Below, in pieces: positions 61,269 through 64,000 of a DNA stretch of 64,000 nucleotides. The notes beneath the pieces were generated by a model that saw nothing but the letters and a program-made list of their open reading frames with translations, did not search any database and was not told where the DNA came from. Origin of the DNA: Epithemia pelagica (lineage: Eukaryota; Protista; Bacillariophyta); contig OX337234.1 of the NCBI GenBank assembly GCA_946965045.2, positions 806,001-870,000 of the forward strand, read 5' to 3'. The first letter of the stretch is position 1. Each line of letters begins with the position of its first letter. A program made the position numbers and the translations under genes.

Positions 61269-63959
61269 CCCCCCTGCCACGAATCTTGCCTTGCGCCGGA
61301 AGTTTTCCCCCATCTTGATGTCAAACACTATGTGACACTTTATTTGCTGATATCCGGGCGGCAATTCACTTGCTGGTTTCTCCCATGCCTCAAAGCCAGG
61401 CCTGACATTCTTCATTTCTTTACAAATGGCGTCCCACCATAATGTGTTGCCATTTTCTTTGTCCAGGGCGATTGCCTCTGCAACTGTCTTCGGCACCCGA
61501 ATGCCAAACTTGTGCGTACGGAGCCAATATTTGGATTTCACCTTTGCCAAGATACGGTTCCTCTTCTTGAGCACGTGGGGTACCCACCAAGCGAATGCGG
61601 GCTCCATGGCTATTCGTGAGCCGACCGCATATTCGGCCACTTGGACGGGGTAAGATTCTTTAATGTCCTTCAAAGCAATCCAATTGGTCGACCCGTCCTT
61701 CCATTGGACAAGCAATTCCCAACCAATGGTGGTTTGCCTCCGTCTCTTGGTCCCGGTGTTTGTGGTTACGAATGCATCCTGTTGCTTGACCTCTTTGCCG
61801 TTGGTCCGATGACCAATGATTTCCTCCATGAGTACTTGTCTGTTGCCATCATCATCTACTTGGGCAAACAGGTTCTCGGCAATGTAATTTGCAGCAAGTG
61901 CAACTTTGGTGCCGTCGGGGTATTCGACCTCGTACATACGAGTGTCGAGGATGGGGTTGTCATGTGCAACTCCAATGGGAATGCCATTTGCATCGCGGAG
62001 ACGCTTGGTGACTTTCGCAAACGCCGGATGGGCGTCATCACCACGTGGCAAAGCAAGTTCCATGTTGATGTACGTGTCGTCGTACACCTCAGGAGTGAAG
62101 TTAGTATCTGCCTCCTTGACCTCATCATTGGAGACTACGTCATGAAACTCAGCCGCGAAGTCGGCGTCATGTTCCAGGGGATCAAGGTCCCAGTCGTTGG
62201 GCCTAGTTTTGCCTCCGTGAGGGAGGAAATGCGCAGCGTCATTAAGCTGTTGTTGGATGTTGGTGTCGAAACGAGCGAGTCGTTCTTTGATGTCGGTGGT
62301 TTCCAGTTCCAAATTGGTAACACGGGAAACGGTGGTACGGGAAATCACGGTGCCTTGAGTGGTGAGCAACCAATAGGACATGAGACTACCGATCCTGTGA
62401 GAGACTCCGAGCCACCGGCCAAGCTTGGTTTCACCCAACCCAGCATTGTCGTTGTACCAACAAGGGTCGTAAAAGGAGAAATCAAGGTACTCGGAGATAT
62501 CAGGGGTCTCACCGGTAACGGCTTCAAGGCTGGTTCTGTCGTTGAGAGAGCCAGCTGAACTGGAAGTTCGTTGCATAATCTCACAGACCCATCTGAGCCC
62601 ATAGTCCCAGAGTCGACGTGGAACGCGGCGACGATGCATGATACGAAACCAGCGTTTTCGTGCTTCGCGAATAACGCCTTCAACCTTGGACTGGTTATGT
62701 CGATAGGGCTCGGCCTGTTGATGATCGATGTGATGTTTGCGGACCTGGTCCTGAAAGACCGTCCGTTTACCCGTTTGTTCTTGAGAACCATCGCTAATGA
62801 TGGTATCAGGCACTCCAAAATCAGCAATAAACCGTTTGAGGGCCTCTCCGGCATCAGTTTTTCTTTCCATGGGGTACGCGACAACGAAATTGTAAGACGT
62901 GGCAAATATCTGAGCGTGCCGGTTGCCGTCCAAAGTTTGATACCGACCATCCATGGTATCCGTGTAAACGATGCCGCGGACTCGCGGCCTTTCAAACATT
63001 CGATCTGCGCGGTACCGTCGCGCCAACGGGAGTATGGCGGACCGGACGACACGCTGTGTTGTCGCTTTCATTGTATTCTTGGCCTGAGCGATGCCAATGT
63101 GCCATCGCTCGCTGAGCATTGTTGCGGTCACGTCACCATGGCGATCTGTGGACTGAAAAGTCCTCTCGGATGGTATATCAAGACGTGGCAAGAACCGTCC
63201 ATCCACCTCGTCCACTTCGACAGCGCTAACAATACGATGAGCGATGTTCGAAGGGTGATACATCGTGGTATCGAGAACGTCGCTGGAGGCGATGGTTTGT
63301 ATGCTGTAATGTGGTTCTGCAACTCTTGTGACTGGGAATTGAACTGTTCTCGGATCCCAATCATGTGGTGAGGATAAGATGAGTCGAGGCAATTCCTCGA
63401 GCTCCTGTTGGGATGGCGTCCTGGATTCGAAGTATATCACAGTCCCAGCCGTTTGTAACGGGATGACAACATCCTCTGTTTCTATTTGAAGTGGTTTCTT
63501 GTCGTACGGATTGTCCTGTACGGTCACACCGTAATGTCTTGCTTGATTCTGATTGAGGAGGGTATGATCCAATCGATCACCCATCCAGAGTGCCTCATTG
63601 AACACGACAACGAACTCTTGCCCGTCGCCCTGCCTTGTCCAAACAGTGGCACCAGTGACAACGGGGACATTGGTGATTGCATCGTAGTCCTTTGAATACG
63701 GTGATACTTGGCATTCCTTGCCCGTGTATGACAATACACAACAATTTGCGCCGAGAACAATAGTGTCGGCGTGCGAATCAAGTTCAACTGTGCCATTGTG
63801 GATGCCATGATTTGGCTTGGCTTTCATACTGGAGGAAATGGTTCGGATACTGGACACGATCCTACAGATATATACTGGTCTCCCTACTCGATAATAGTCC
63901 ATAAGAAATCGACAGAGATAACTCACGATTCTTAATAAACATTCGAATAGGGAGGGCAA
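61269..63959 (-). CDS. Copia Pol N-terminal part: aspartic protease, integrase, chromodomain-like segment and start of RT
   Basis: ELDSHADT at ~63764-63787; DDE integrase core at ~62640-62990; IKCHIVFDIK..RRKARFVAGG just before the frameshift. The true start is uncertain because the track's start is TTG, immediately after TGA-CTG. Confidence 0.9.
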
Positions 63960-63962
63960 CAG

Positions 63963-64000
63963 TCAGTCCTTCTTAGACAAACGCTCACGGCGTCCTCCGA
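63963..64000 (-). other. Possible C-terminus of gag (GGRRERLSKKD*) in the pol frame
   Basis: Eleven open, basic/Gly codons ending in TGA at 63963-63965, in frame with pol. Too short to confirm. Confidence 0.35.

Larger units (their letters stand above)
59594..64000 (-). mobile_element. Ty1/copia LTR retrotransposon, diatom CoDi type (5' part outside the window)
   Basis: Domain order is PR (ELDSHADT), INT (YTDT, ISDG, KVEG), RT (KARFVAGG, DIQNAYL, YVDDLL), RNase H (FVDADHA, CDN, NLADLFTK). This is the copia order, and LDSHADT is typical of diatom copia proteases. Confidence 0.95.

Overview
This is eukaryotic, most likely diatom, DNA; the inference rests on a CoDi-type copia element and stramenopile-style protein repeats. 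Positions 1-~58,500 form a head-to-tail array of 11 full units plus a partial twelfth, each ~4.94 kb and >99% identical; the array may continue left of the window. Each unit carries one long ORF, a 464-467 aa protein with a C-terminal papain-fold Cys/His/Asn protease domain and no signal peptide. It sits between two decayed passengers: a fragment with KYxKM-GLP and GLMAAI repeats, and a frameshifted 3' piece of the neighbouring VMA22/CCDC115-like gene. The protease occurs as two types that are identical except for a 59-bp patch with 18 substitutions (12 amino-acid changes) and two linked SNPs. Type A is intact in unit 1 and frameshifted in units 11-12; type B fills units 2-10. Unit 3 alone has a 477-bp TIR element with a CTG target duplication just upstream of the protease. 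The array runs into an intact VMA22-like gene, followed by the 3' part of a Ty1/copia LTR retrotransposon (PR-INT-RT-RNase H) that is cut off by the window end. The best candidate for an undescribed system is the amplified intracellular papain-like protease with a swappable divergent segment.
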